64,000 nucleotides of DNA from Centroscyllium fabricii. Taxonomy: Eukaryota. Under the pieces are notes generated by a model. It worked only from the letters and a program-made list of their open reading frames with translations. It was not told the DNA's origin and searched no databases. The stretch covers positions 744,001 to 808,000 of the forward strand of contig JBNRSN020000075.1 in assembly GCA_051313645.2 (NCBI GenBank), written 5' to 3'. The translations under genes were made by a program, and so were the position numbers. Positions 8,964 through 20,842 of this stretch are shown here, in pieces (position 1 is the stretch's first letter; the number at the start of each line of letters is the position of its first letter).

Positions 8964-11900
8964 ATGGAGAGCAGCGCAGTTAAACCTGAGAAGCTGGACA
9001 TCAGTCCCCAGGACCTGGCCGCTGCTACCACGTTCGAACACTGGTTCAGCCTCCTGGAGGCCTACATGGACGCCGGCAAGGCTACATCGGACAGGAACAA
9101 ATTGCAGGTCCTCCGGTCGAGGATCTCCAGCAGGGTATTCTCCCTCATCAGAAACGCCTCAACCTACACAGCGGCTGTACTACAACTAAGAAAATGCTAC
9201 GAGCGCCCGGTCCATTTGGTCTACGCCCGACATGTGCTTGCGACCAGATCTCAGCTACCGGGTGAGACCAATGAGCAGTTCGAGCAAGCGCTCCAGGCCC
9301 TGGTACGGGTCTGTGGCTGCCAAGCCAGAACAGCTGAAGAGGAGGCGAATCTCCTCGTTCGGGACGCTTACATTACGGGACTAAGGTGTGTGGAAGCCCG
9401 CCAGCGGCTGCTGGAAAGAGACACTCTGTCCCTCGAGGAGGCGATTAAGATAGCCAACTCAGTAGAGGGGGCCCGAAACAAGTTACAGGCGTACAGCGGC
9501 ACTAACCCGCAAGCCTACGACATATGGGCCGTGCCACAACGGGCCCAGGCCTGGGCAGCACCACAACGGGCCGAGACCCCCACGATGGCTGCGACAGCCA
9601 CAAAATATAAGCGCTGCTACTTCTGCAGCCAGGGACTGCACCCAAGAGTGAGATGCCCAGCCAGGACAGCGACCTGCGAGAGATGCGCTAAGAAAGGTCA
9701 TTACGCTAAAGCCTGCAGATCAGCTCCAGCAGTGCCTAACCCAAGGTACAACAGTGCAGCCTGTGAGAGCACCGACAAACACCAGGTAAGCTGCAATAGC
9801 AGCGCGATCCAGCGACGGTCCGGGGATAGACAACAAGCGCCCCCATCTCCCACCCCGATGCGGCAAAGGCCAGCCAAGCGCGACCCCCCAACGCGGCCGG
9901 CTGCGTGCGAATCACGGGCACCGCCAACCCGACCACCGCGGCTCGCTGCGTGCGAATGATGGGCACCGCCAAACCGACCACCGCGGTCTGCTGCTTGCGA
10001 ATCACGGGCGCTGCCAGCGCGCTCACAGCGGCCCACCATGTGCGACCCCTCGGCGACGCCATTTTGTATCCAGGGCCCCTCCATGTGCGAGCCAGGGGCG
10101 CCGCCATTTTGTATCCAGGGCCCCGCCATGTGCGGGCCAGGGGCGCCGCCATCTTGTATCCAGGGCTCCACCATGTGCGAGCCAGGGGCGCCGCCATCTT
10201 GTGTACAGCCCCGACCAGCAAGGGCCCCATGCACACGGAAACGCACAGCTGCGGCAGCCAGACTCAGAGTGAACCAGGACAGGCCACATACCCTGTCTAA
10301 CTCTATAATGCCAATTAAGATTAACGACTACACTGTTAACTGCCTGTTTGACACAGGAAGCACTGAGAGCTTCGTACACCCCGATACAGTGCAGCGCTGC
10401 GGACTGCAGGTCCGGCCCACTAACTACCAAGTCTCCCTAGCTTCACAGTCCCACACCGCGGACGTCACCGGCTACTGCTCCGTCACGCTCACCGTCAAGG
10501 GGCGCGTGTACCATAATTTTAAATTGTATACCCTCCAGCAGTTGTGTGCCCCAGCCTTACTAGGCTTGGACTTCCAGTGCCACCTCAAGAGCGTGACAAT
10601 GGAGTTCGGCGGGACCTTGCCCCCCTTCACCGTCAGTAGACGGGACAATCCCTTCCCAAAGCGGAGCCCGGCCTGCGGCCTCTCCACCCTGAAAATCGAC
10701 CCCCCCTCGCTGTTCGCCAACCTCGATCCGAAGTGCAAACCAATTGCTACTAAGAGTCGGCGGTACAGTGAGGGGGATCACACGTTTATCAGGTCGGAGG
10801 TCGGGCGGATGCTGAAGGAGGGGATAATTGAAGCCAGCACCACCCCCTGGCGTGCCCAAGTTGTAGTGGTGAAGTCTGGCGAGAAACAACGGCTGGTGAT
10901 CGATTACAGCCAGACTATCAACCGGTACACCGGGCTCGACGCCTACCCCCTTCCCCGCATCTCAGACATGGTCAATCAGATCGCCCAGTACAAGGTGTTC
11001 TCCACGATCGACCTTAAATCGGCGTATCATCAGCTCCCGATTCGGAAAGCCGACCGCCCCTACACCGCCTTCGAGGCGAACGGTCGGCTCTACCACTTCC
11101 TCCGGGTCCCCTTTGGCGTGACCAACGGACTGTCAGTGTTCCAACGGGAGATGGACCGTATGGTTGACCAAAATGACTTGCAGGCCACTTTCCCTTACCT
11201 GGACAACGTGACCATCTGCGGCCACGACCAGCAGGACCACGATGCCAATCTGGCCAAATTCCTCGACACGGCGGACAAGCTGGACCTTACGTATAACAAA
11301 GACAAATGCGTCTTTAATACAGACCAGCTCGCCATCCTCGGATACGTGGGGGAAAACGGGGTCCTCGGCCCCGACCCACAGCGTATGCGACCCCTGCAAG
11401 AACTGCCCCTACCTCACAACCCCAAAGCCTTGAGGAGATGCCTAGGATTTTTCTCCTATTATGCACAATGGGTCCCACAGTTCGCAGATAAGGCTAGACC
11501 ACTCCTCAAGGCTGCCGTCTTCCCCCTTTCAGTAGAAGCCCAAACGGCATTCACAAGGATAAAGGAAGATATTATCAAGGCGACCATGCTCGCTGTTGAT
11601 GAATCCATCCCTTTCCAGGTGGAGAGTGACGCTTCGGACTTTGCCCTTGCTGCCACCCTGAATCAGGCAGGCAGGCCCGTAGCATTTTTCTCCCGCACCT
11701 TACAGGGACCCGAAACTCGCCACTCCGCAGTGGAAAAGGAGGCCCAGGCCATCGTGGAGGCCGTGAGCTACTGGCGTCATTACCTGGCCGGTAAGTGTTT
11801 TACCCTGCTCACCGACCAACGGTCGGTGGCGTTTATGTTTAATAATAAACAACGGGGTAAAATCAAGAATGATAAGATCCTGCGGTGGCGGATCGAACTC

Positions 11901-13238
11901 TCGACTTACGAGTACGACATTCTTTACCGACCAGGCAAACTCAATGAACCCCCGGACGCACTGTCCAGGGGAACGTGCGCCAGTGCCCAGCTAGACCGGC
12001 TGAAGGACCTCCACGACCGCCTTTGCCACCCGGGTGTCACCAGACTCGCCCACTTCGTTAAGTCCCGTAGCCTCCCCTACTCCATCACGGAGATCAAGGC
12101 TATGACCCGAGAGTGCCCTGTCTGCGCCGAGTGCAAACCCCACTTTTTCCGGCCAGACACGGCGCACCTCATTAAGGCCACCCGCCCCTTTGAACGTCTC
12201 AGCATGGACTTCAAAGGCCCCCTCCCTTCCACCGACCGCAACTCATACTTCCTCACGGTAGTAGACGAGTTCTCCCGCTTCCCCTTCGCCTTCCCCTGCG
12301 CAGATATGACGAGCGCAACGGTGATAAAACACTTCACCACGCTGTTCGCCATTTTCGGTCTCCCCAGCTACATCCATGGCGACCGGGGGTCATCGTTCAT
12401 GAGCGATGAACTGCGCCAGTTTCTGCTCCAGAATGGGGTTGCCACGAGCAGAACGACCAGTTATAACCCCCGGGGGAACGGCCAGGTAGAAAGGGAGAAT
12501 GGGATCATTTGGAAGGCGGTCACCCTGGCTCTCAAGTCCAGAGGCCTTCCAGTGTCCCATTGGCAGGCAGTCCTCCCAGACGCGCTGCACTCTATACGCT
12601 CTCTATTATGTACTGCTACTAACGCCACCCCGCACGATCTGATTTTCTCCTTCCCCAGGAAATCGACTTCGGGGACAGCTCTTCCTCCATGGCTGACGAC
12701 TCCGGGGCCGGTTTTGCTTAGGAGACACGTCCGGAGCCACAAGACAGACCCCCTGGTGGACAAGGTACAGCTCCTACACGCTAACCCACACTATGCATTC
12801 GTGCAGTTCCCGGACGGGCGTGAGGACACCGTGTCCATCAGGGACCTGGCTCCTGCAGGAAGCACCACCGCAGAGCCCCTGGCCGGCCAGCAGGCCGCTC
12901 AGCCACGCTATCCAGAGAACCCACCAGACACCCAATGGCCCCTGAGCTTCCCAGAGCCCCGGCAGTGGCCAGTACAGAACTACGACCCGGACGGCGGGGA
13001 CCAGCTGGATCCATCGCCACAAGAAGCCACGGCACCCGATCAGCAGTCACCACTGGCAGATGCGAGTGGTACGAACCAGGAGGCACCACCACCAACACCG
13101 GAACCCCGGCGGTCCTCCAGGCAGACACGACCGCCGGACAGACTGATCGTGAATTGTTCGGCCCATTCAGTCCCCCCCCCCCCCACCCCGGACATAAAAT
13201 TTTCAAGAAGGGGTGAATGTGGTAACCCTTTTATGTAG
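8964..13238 (+). CDS. gag-pol: A1 Gag-Pol (Gag, Zn knuckles, protease, RT, RNase H, integrase) with one in-frame TGA at 9957-9959
   Basis: ORFs 8964-9959 and 10038-13238 share a frame. Motifs: CERCAKKGHYAKAC, LFDTGS, YLDN, SDAS, HDRLCH..CPVC and the integrase D,D,E. The TGA replaces the TCA of a repeat unit. Confidence 0.9.
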
Positions 13239-14154
13239 TTGTTTTACCACTGTATTATTGTGCCAATAATGGGCTGTGCAGATGTAAGGCACAGCCCTGT
13301 AACCTGTGTAATACTGTTGGGAGCCAGGTCAGCCACACCTCTAACTCCAGGTGAGGCGTTTTATAGGTGGAAACTGACCGAGGCTTCTCATTCCTGTACA
13401 GAAGTTCGTTCCGGAGGGTAGCTCCAATCTTAGCGATTAAAAGCCTTTAGTTACGGTAACTACTCGTCGACTCTTTTAATCTGAGATATTGACGATACGT
13501 CAACCTGTCAGTAAGACTGAAGCAAAATTTTAATGGCCCAAAATTTGCAGTCAGCAGCGAAGCCAAGTTGCTTGTCGCTGGCCCCGAAGAAAGTTGCCCA
13601 CACGCGATCTCTGTGATGAGAAGTTTGCCCTCTTCGATGTTCAAGTGTTTCAGTGCTCTGTTGTGGGAATCCCGAGTGCGATGCTGCTGAGACGTCAACG
13701 AGCTGTCTGAGGCAGTCAATCACGTTGCAGAATTCTCAGACAGGATACCAGGAAATGAGAAGCTGCTATTATCTGGGCTTTTAAAAAATGTTATAGGAAG
13801 CGATGTTATTTAAAGTTAGCTGCAGCATCTTCTTTGTTGGAAGATTGCTGTCAGAAATCCACGAAGAAATGTTACCCTTTCCACTGTTCAACGTCAGCTA
13901 AGTTCATATCTACCTTCACACTGAAATGACCAATTATACTGTGAATGTGTTGGAGTACGGTGAGCTGAGCCCTTTAGCCTATAACAGTCTTTCATGATGG
14001 CAGATCCTCACACTCTAAGGTAATTATGCTTTTCAATCTTTAAGAATAACTTTAGCTCTTAAAATCAGTTCTGCTTCCACTAAGTAAGGTGCAGGGACTC
14101 CGTTTATAGGAAAGTAAAACAGGCCAGCCCAGCCTGCATAACTACGCATTACAT

Positions 14155-14265
14155 AGGATTGCATAGGGTATATGGCACAGAAACAGGCCATTCGACCCAG
14201 CCAGTCCATGCCAGCATTTATGCTCCACATGAGCCTCCTCCCGTCTTTCCTCATTTAAATCTATC
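14155..14265 (-). mobile_element. Short CR1-type 3' UTR fragment
   Basis: CACAGAAACAGGCCATTCGACCCAGCCAGTCCATGCC resembles the reverse complement of CR1 tails elsewhere in the window. Confidence 0.6.
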
Positions 14266-17200
14266 CTGCTGTTCATGAATTATGTGTCTAATGTTTTTAG
14301 ATATTTTTGTTCTGGATTTTCTATACTTACTTGACGATACACAAAGCCATTTATTTTGTACACAACGCCTTTCCAGATAGTCAGCAGACTAAGAATAAAG
14401 TTATATAACCTTGGAAATTCACACAATAGGGCTAATTATTAGAGGCATGAAAACAACCTAACTGCAAGCTATTTTTCTTTTTATTCAAAATGATGAAGTA
14501 AACACATTTGGTTGCTTTCAATTAGTTGACCCAGCTCACAAAAAATTAACATGGTTCCCTTGAGAAGCCCCTTCTGAAGCTTGAATGCCAAATTGAGTTG
14601 GATTTTATTTTGCTGCAATGCAGTAGATGTCAACAGGAATTAGCTGTAATTAAATGCAAACAGGTTATCAAGCGCTATTTTATCCCTTTCTGAACTCCCT
14701 CCTGACCTGGCGTAAGAGGTCAGAATGGTACTGGGTTCTCATTGTGCTAAGATAATCTCTAAATGTTAATTCAGTCTCTCAAATCCAGTTAATTTAAAAT
14801 TTTAGAATTAATGTGAAATTTCATCCATTTAATTTCCAAGTTGTGAAATGTTTCAGCTGTAATTGAAGATAGAAATGAAAAACATGCATCCAAGATAATG
14901 CTAAGTGGAGTGCAGTTTGGAGAAAGAGTTGAAGATTTCTGCCCCTATTTAAATAATGCAAATGCTGGAAAATACTATATTAGTTACAGATTAACGTGAG
15001 GCTAATCCTTCTCCAATTTGTTGGTTTGGGGTAAGAACAGCAGTATAATGTCACAGTTACCAGACAGATAGTCCTCTGAAGACTAAAATTATCAATCAAA
15101 AGGCTGAATCAGATTTCAACTGTTGCCCTATGTAAAGCTCCAACAATTTTGATTACCCTACCATCATAATGGCAGGTAAGTGGTTGGTTTACTTTTAATT
15201 TAGAATAACTATCAACTTGTCAAGTCAAGGTCTGAGGGTCAGCCCCATAAAAGGGATGTGTGTCAACTGCATGAATAATTATGGGTTGTCATTAAACGAG
15301 CTTTAGCGATACTCAAAATAAAACTGATTTTCACTGTTCTCTGAACATGGTTGGTTTTTTTGGGCACCAATATTTTCCTGTTGATTTTCTCCCCATTTTT
15401 AAATACTAAAAAACCTTGAAAAAACACCTTAAAGGAAACAGGGACCTCAATATTAATCCCCTCATGATGCGTGAGAGCGGGTCGAAGGGGAGTTAAAACC
15501 CTAAAAAACACGAAACACAACCCCAACCCGACCCGACCCATTTTTATGGTGGTCGATAGTGTGGTGTGCACATGTCCTGTCTTGGACAGATGAGACACCT
15601 TATTAAAATATTTAAATCAGGCTTCCACAGTATAATTGGGAGCCTGATTTAAATCTAATTGTTGCCACGCGGGTTTCCCAAGGCTCGGGAATCCTGGCAG
15701 TGAAATGGAGGCAGGAGCTGCTAGCTCCTGAAGGTAAGTACATTTATAGCACTCCTTGTGGGCCAGGAGGAGTAGGAATTCTCCGTCACCCCAATCCCTG
15801 CAACTCCCCTGGCCTCTTAAGGAAGTCTTCAGCCTCCCTTCTGCTGTGATCATCGACTTCCCCCCTATAAAGATAACTGCAGCTGTCGTAAAGACAGCAA
15901 GGGTTTGACTGATGGCTGATGTCAGATCCTGGTGGGAGCCGACGCCATCTTGACCACGCTACAGTAGCAGGCTTGGAGTCAATGAGTAAAGACCTAATAA
16001 AAGGAACTCCAATATAACTTGGTGTTAGACTATTAATTCGAGCATTCAACTAACATTACATAGTACCAGGATTGTAGAACTCACAACAAAGACTGACTAC
16101 GAAAGATGAAAGGATTTGAACTTCTGGCTAACCTACAACATGAAGGGATTGTGGATGAAAATTGGCGGGTCTTCAAGCAACGCTTTCTCCTCTACCTAAC
16201 AGAGATTGATGCTTCCACGAGTTCTGGAGCACGTAAAGTAACTTTGTTATTAACAGTTGCTGACTTGCAGGCAAGTGAGCTGTTCAACACATTTACATCC
16301 AAAGAGGATAAAAATGACTTAGACAAAGTAATAGAGTGGTTTGAAGAATTCTGCACTCCAAAAAAGAATGAGATGTACGAAAGATTTGTGTTCCACTCTC
16401 GGGTGCAAAAGCAAGGGGAATCGTTTGATGTATTTTTGACGGACTTAAAAATTAAAGCTCAGACATGTAATTATAAAGACTTGAAGGAATCGATGATACA
16501 AGATCAAGTCATTTTTGAAAATACTGGATAAAAGTTTAAGGGAGAGAATGCTGAGAGATAATGAATTAAATCTGGGTGCAGCAGTAAAAATATGCCATGC
16601 TAGTGAACTTTCAGCCATGCACACGAAAACTTTCGAAGGGAACGCCCTGGGGTGATGTAGCACACAAAAGGGACTCTAGAGAGCCAAGAGGGCCCATAGA
16701 GTATAACAAAATGGTGCCGCACAAATGCAGATGGTGCGGGAATAAACACGTGGCCAGGCAGTGTCCTGCTTATGGAAAGAACTGTGCAAAATGCAAAGGC
16801 AGAAATCACTTTGCAAAGATGTGTTTCTGGGAACAGAGAGGCGAAAGTAAAAAGACAATGCATGCTATAGGGACTGCAGAGGCGGGAGAAGAGACTTTGT
16901 ATGTTGGAATGGTGCAACATGAAGCACACCTCATAGGACCAAAGAAGGAAGTCTGGATAGCTTCCTTGCTGGTAAATAGCACAATAGTCCCCTTCTAAGC
17001 TTGATACAGGGGCTGAGGGAAACCTCATAAGCTGGAGTGATGCATGGAATCTCAAAGTGCGACCTAAAATATTGAACAAGACAGCGGGGGGAATTTTCGT
17101 GTAATGGCGGGAAACTGGCGGGAATTGGGCGGGCCGGGTTTTTGGCCCACCCAATTAAGTGGCGCGGATTCCCACGCAATTTTCGTGCAACCATCCAATT

Positions 17201-17338
17201 AATTCCCCACATGTGGGAAGCCTTCCCAATCACGGATTTCCAGTCAGAAAGTCGCACAGTATGACGTCAGGATTCGGGTTTTCTTTAAAAAAACAGCTCT
17301 CCTCCCGCACTGCTCAGAGCTCTGAATCCTTCAACAGG

Positions 17339-19379
17339 ATGGCAGAGCATGAGGGTGCAGCAGCGGGCAGCGCCAGGGGACGACCCGCCCCCAAATTTGA
17401 TGAAGCATCCCTCGATGCATTGCTCGAGGGGGCAACTACTCATAGGGAGGTTCTCTTCCCCTCCTCAGGGAGGAAGAGACCTCCCTCACAGACCAAGGCT
17501 GCATGGAAGCAGGTGGCTGAGGGGGTCAGCTCCTTGGGAACAACAACCCGGTCCTGGCTGCAGTGTTGCAAGCGACTGCATGACCTTCATCGTACTGCCA
17601 GAGTAAGTATTCATTTCCCCTCACCCTCAATCTCATCCCCCTCACCTCTCCTCACCACAACTTATCTTCACCCCTACCTTCCTCCACATCCCACTTGCCC
17701 ATCACCTCCAAGCAACCTTACCCATTCTCCCTCTCTATCTATGCTTACACTCAGGGTCCTTTCCCTCCATTCAGCCCTCACACTCCCTCTCACTCTCATG
17801 CTTGCTGCACATCTGGAACCACACAGGGAGGGCCTTTGGTCTTGCAGGCTCACTGCATCTTTGTCACCCTACAGCAAACTTTGCTGCTCACTCACTGCAA
17901 CAACTCCTTCCTTCTCACTCAACCTCCACTTCTCTCCCTCATTGCAGGAAAAGACAGCTGCCAACAAGCGGCACAGCGCCGGGACCGGAGGAGGACCCCC
18001 CTCCATCCAGCAGCTCACCAGCTGGGAAGAGGCAGTGCTGGACCTCGTTGGGGAGGGGCAAGCCCCGGGAGTGTGTGACGGGGAAGCAGGCAGGCAATCT
18101 GGAGATGGTGACAGCATGGTTTAATTATGTCTCTTAAAACTAACACATGAGACTGCCACAATGAATGTAAAAGCACTGCAGAGGCAGCTCTGCTCAGCTC
18201 CTGAATGCTATCTGTATGTAACCTTGCTGACATATCTCTAACCTCTTCCTTTACTGCCCCACAGGCCCATCCGCAGCTGGAGGCCCAAGCAGAGCTGAGG
18301 ATGAGGTCGCCCCTGCCCAGTCCTCAGAGGAACTTGCCACCTCTGAGGGTGCACCATCAGCACCACAGACTCCACCCGGCACCAGCGCAGATATTTGCAC
18401 CTCGGTGGGCCCCCTAGAGCTACAGATAACTTGTCACCGGGTGATTCAGACAGCACTAGTGAGCGTCAGCAGATTGTGGAGACAGGGACAGCAGTGCAGG
18501 GTCCTAGTCGGAGGGTGCAGGACTCTGGCAGCTTAGCTGAGCTGCATGTAGACACAGTGCCTTTGGATCCATCAGGCAGAGGACACATGATGGGACTCCA
18601 GACACAGATGCAGGAGTCTCTGACAGGTTTTGTCTCCCAGGTAGCTACGAGTGTCATGCTAATAGAGGAGTCTGTCGCAAGCATGAGAAGCAACCTTGCG
18701 GAGTCAGTGGCGCATGATCGCATCACCATGGAAAGCATGGCAACCACCATGGAAAGGATGTCGAGCACGATGGAAATGATGTCGAACACCATGCAAAGTG
18801 TGGCGACCACCATGGATAGGATAGCAACTGTGGACGAGAGGATGGCCATGGCCATCGAGCACATAAGTCGCCAGTCTTTTGAAGACATGGGCACTGCACG
18901 CAATAGATACACATCTCCTGAGCAGCGAGTGGCATCGATTGAGCAGATGACCCAGACCTCTGAGTAGGACTTTCACTTCAGAAACGGGTCCCCATGGCCC
19001 TCCTGAAGTGCAGCAAGGTGCTAATCAGCCACTTGCTGGCGCTGAGGGGGTGTTGACCCATGAGAGGGAGGTTGGTGGTGCAGCTCAAGGAGGTGGGGGC
19101 TCCTCTCCAAGCACTCCCACATCCACACCACTGCAGATCCCTCGGTCAGAGGCCCGCCGGAGTCCCCATGTGCCTGAGATGGAAGTCTCATACCCTGCGC
19201 AGCCGCAGGAGAAGCAGACTGGTAGCGAGACCCCAACGCCTCGCCGCCCCAGAGGACGCCCGCCAAAGGTGTCCACACAGGAGCAGCAGGGCAATCAGCA
19301 GGGGGCCTCCACATCTGCTGACACCACAGGGATAGCACGACGTAGGAGCACTCGTGGAAGAACCAGTAAGCACCCTTAG
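17339..19379 (+). pseudogene. Spliced Harbinger Myb/SANT-like DNA-binding protein gene (predicted exons 17339-17602, 17948-18107, 18265-19379)
   Basis: Exon 1 encodes APKFDEASLDALL..AWKQVA..RSWLQCCKRLHDL and ends at GTAAGT. Exon 2 encodes EKTAANKR..TGGGPP. Exon 3 has a Met-rich heptad region and the AT-hook RRPRGRPPK, with a frameshift near 18410 and a stop at 18967. Confidence 0.75.
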
Positions 19380-20407
19380 GCACAACGGGAGTCACTTGGG
19401 TGTTCGTGTAAGTTAGGTCTACCAAATCAGTGGTCACACAGCAGACCACTGAGGTGCCTCCTGATGCAGTTGTCATGTCTGACATCTTGCGAATGCCCCT
19501 TCCACATTGACACCTTATGCAGGCTGGGCAGCAATTGGCCAGGCCTCACAGATATGCAATGATGCTGATGCAACATGGAAGAAGGACTTACAGCAGGACG
19601 AATGAGGTTCCACAGCACAGTGCAGCTGAATGGTTAGCAGTGAAGGTCCTTGAAACCGGCCTACCCTCATGGGGACGCACACCAGTGAACAGAGGGACTG
19701 TATGACCGATGTGTGGACAGAGGATGACCAGGTTAACTGAACAAGCCACCTGATGTTTTCGCTACAGCAGCAAACACGCCTCAGTGCTGAACGTTTACAG
19801 GAACAAATCCTTAAACGGATGGAGGTGGCCAAAGAAAAGATGCGCCAACTGTCCAAAGTACCCACGCATCCAACATCATCTGGTTTGAAATGGACCCTCA
19901 CAGCACCTGACCCTGATGGAAAGGCCAAGGAGCCATGGTGCCAGCATGCCTCAGCACTGAAACATCAAACAAGATCAGGTGGGTGAAGAACCACCAGACA
20001 TTGACCCTCACCGCCCTCCGCTACTGCTGCCTCATGTGCAGGTGCGCTGCCCTGGTTTGTCATTATGTGTCACTCTTTAAAAGGGAGGGGCAGTTCGTGA
20101 GAGGGGGGAACATGATTGACAATGGATATGAAGTTGCAACTTCAAAAGTGGACTGGCGGAGGTGGAGCATTGCTGATAATGACATTTTGACTGTTTCAAC
20201 CTGGATGTCTGCATCTGAGATGCCTAGGACATCATCAATGTAGTGAATCATAAGTGCTGATCATCAGTTGAACAACCCTGCATGTGGCCATGTTTGCTTA
20301 ATATATGTACTAAACAGCATGTTGCAGTTGCAACCTTTTGTTTCTGTGTTCATTATTGCATGTGATGGTTGGGTGGCACCATGTTCATCAAAGGAATGTG
20401 TGGTGCA

Positions 20408-20842
20408 TCAGGGGCGTGGCTGGGGTCGAGCGGCAGCAACCCCGTCCTCCTCCTCCTGTACCTCCTCCTCTTCTTCCTCCTCTTCCTCTTCCTCCTCTTC
20501 CTCCTCCTCTTCCTCCTCCTCTTCCTCCTCCTCTTCCTCCTCCTCCTCATCTGAGGACGGTATGCGAGGAGGCAGGTCTTGGTGAGGAGATTGCAAGCCA
20601 CGGCGCTGGGCCATGTTGTGAAGTTGACAGCATACCAGTACCATTGTGGAGACCCTGTTTGGGGGGTATCTTCTGCGGTGACGACCTCGGATGCACCGAT
20701 GCCTTCTGGCCCATGCTGCCCCCGGAGGGTCCGCAGGAGCATCAGGCTCCTGGTGTGGCTGTTGCTGTTGCTGCTGTAGCCGCATCTGCTCCTGGTAGAG
20801 ATCATGCAATCCCAAGAAGGGAAGGAAGAAAACGGCTCCCAT
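20408..20842 (-). pseudogene. Internally deleted Harbinger transposase (N-terminus fused in frame to C-terminus, no DDE core)
   Basis: MGAVFFLPFLG..polyQ..RRRYPP is joined directly to NRVSTMVLVCCQLHNMAQRRG and a poly-Glu tail. Confidence 0.8.
20445..20550. repeat. (TCC/TCT)n trinucleotide tract encoding poly-Glu on the minus strand
   Basis: Directly visible. Confidence 0.95.

Larger units (their letters stand above)
8649..13502 (+). mobile_element. Full-length Gypsy LTR retrotransposon A1
   Basis: LTRs 8649-8939 and 13218-13502 (TG...CA, near-identical, one 6-bp indel). TSD ACCTG. PPT AAGAAGGGGTGAA. Internal gag-pol. Confidence 0.97.

Noticed and set aside
9957-9965. Programmed gag-pol stop readthrough
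   Set aside because: The TGA corresponds to TCA in adjacent repeat units and A3 is open at this position, so a point mutation is simpler.
9701-10430. Antisense and alternative-frame ORFs over the A-family linker (also about 44300-44800 and 57400-57900)
   Set aside because: These are shadows of GC-rich tandem repeats that lack stop codons.
13503-15440. Possible host exons in AT-rich unique-looking stretches (also 6900-7900 and 59150-61100)
   Set aside because: I found no recognisable protein motif or convincing splice-flanked ORF. Small exons cannot be excluded without RNA or homology data.
17159-18124. 321-aa ORF as a single-exon host gene
   Set aside because: It reads through a pyrimidine-rich intron between two exons of a transposon Myb gene lying within TIRs.
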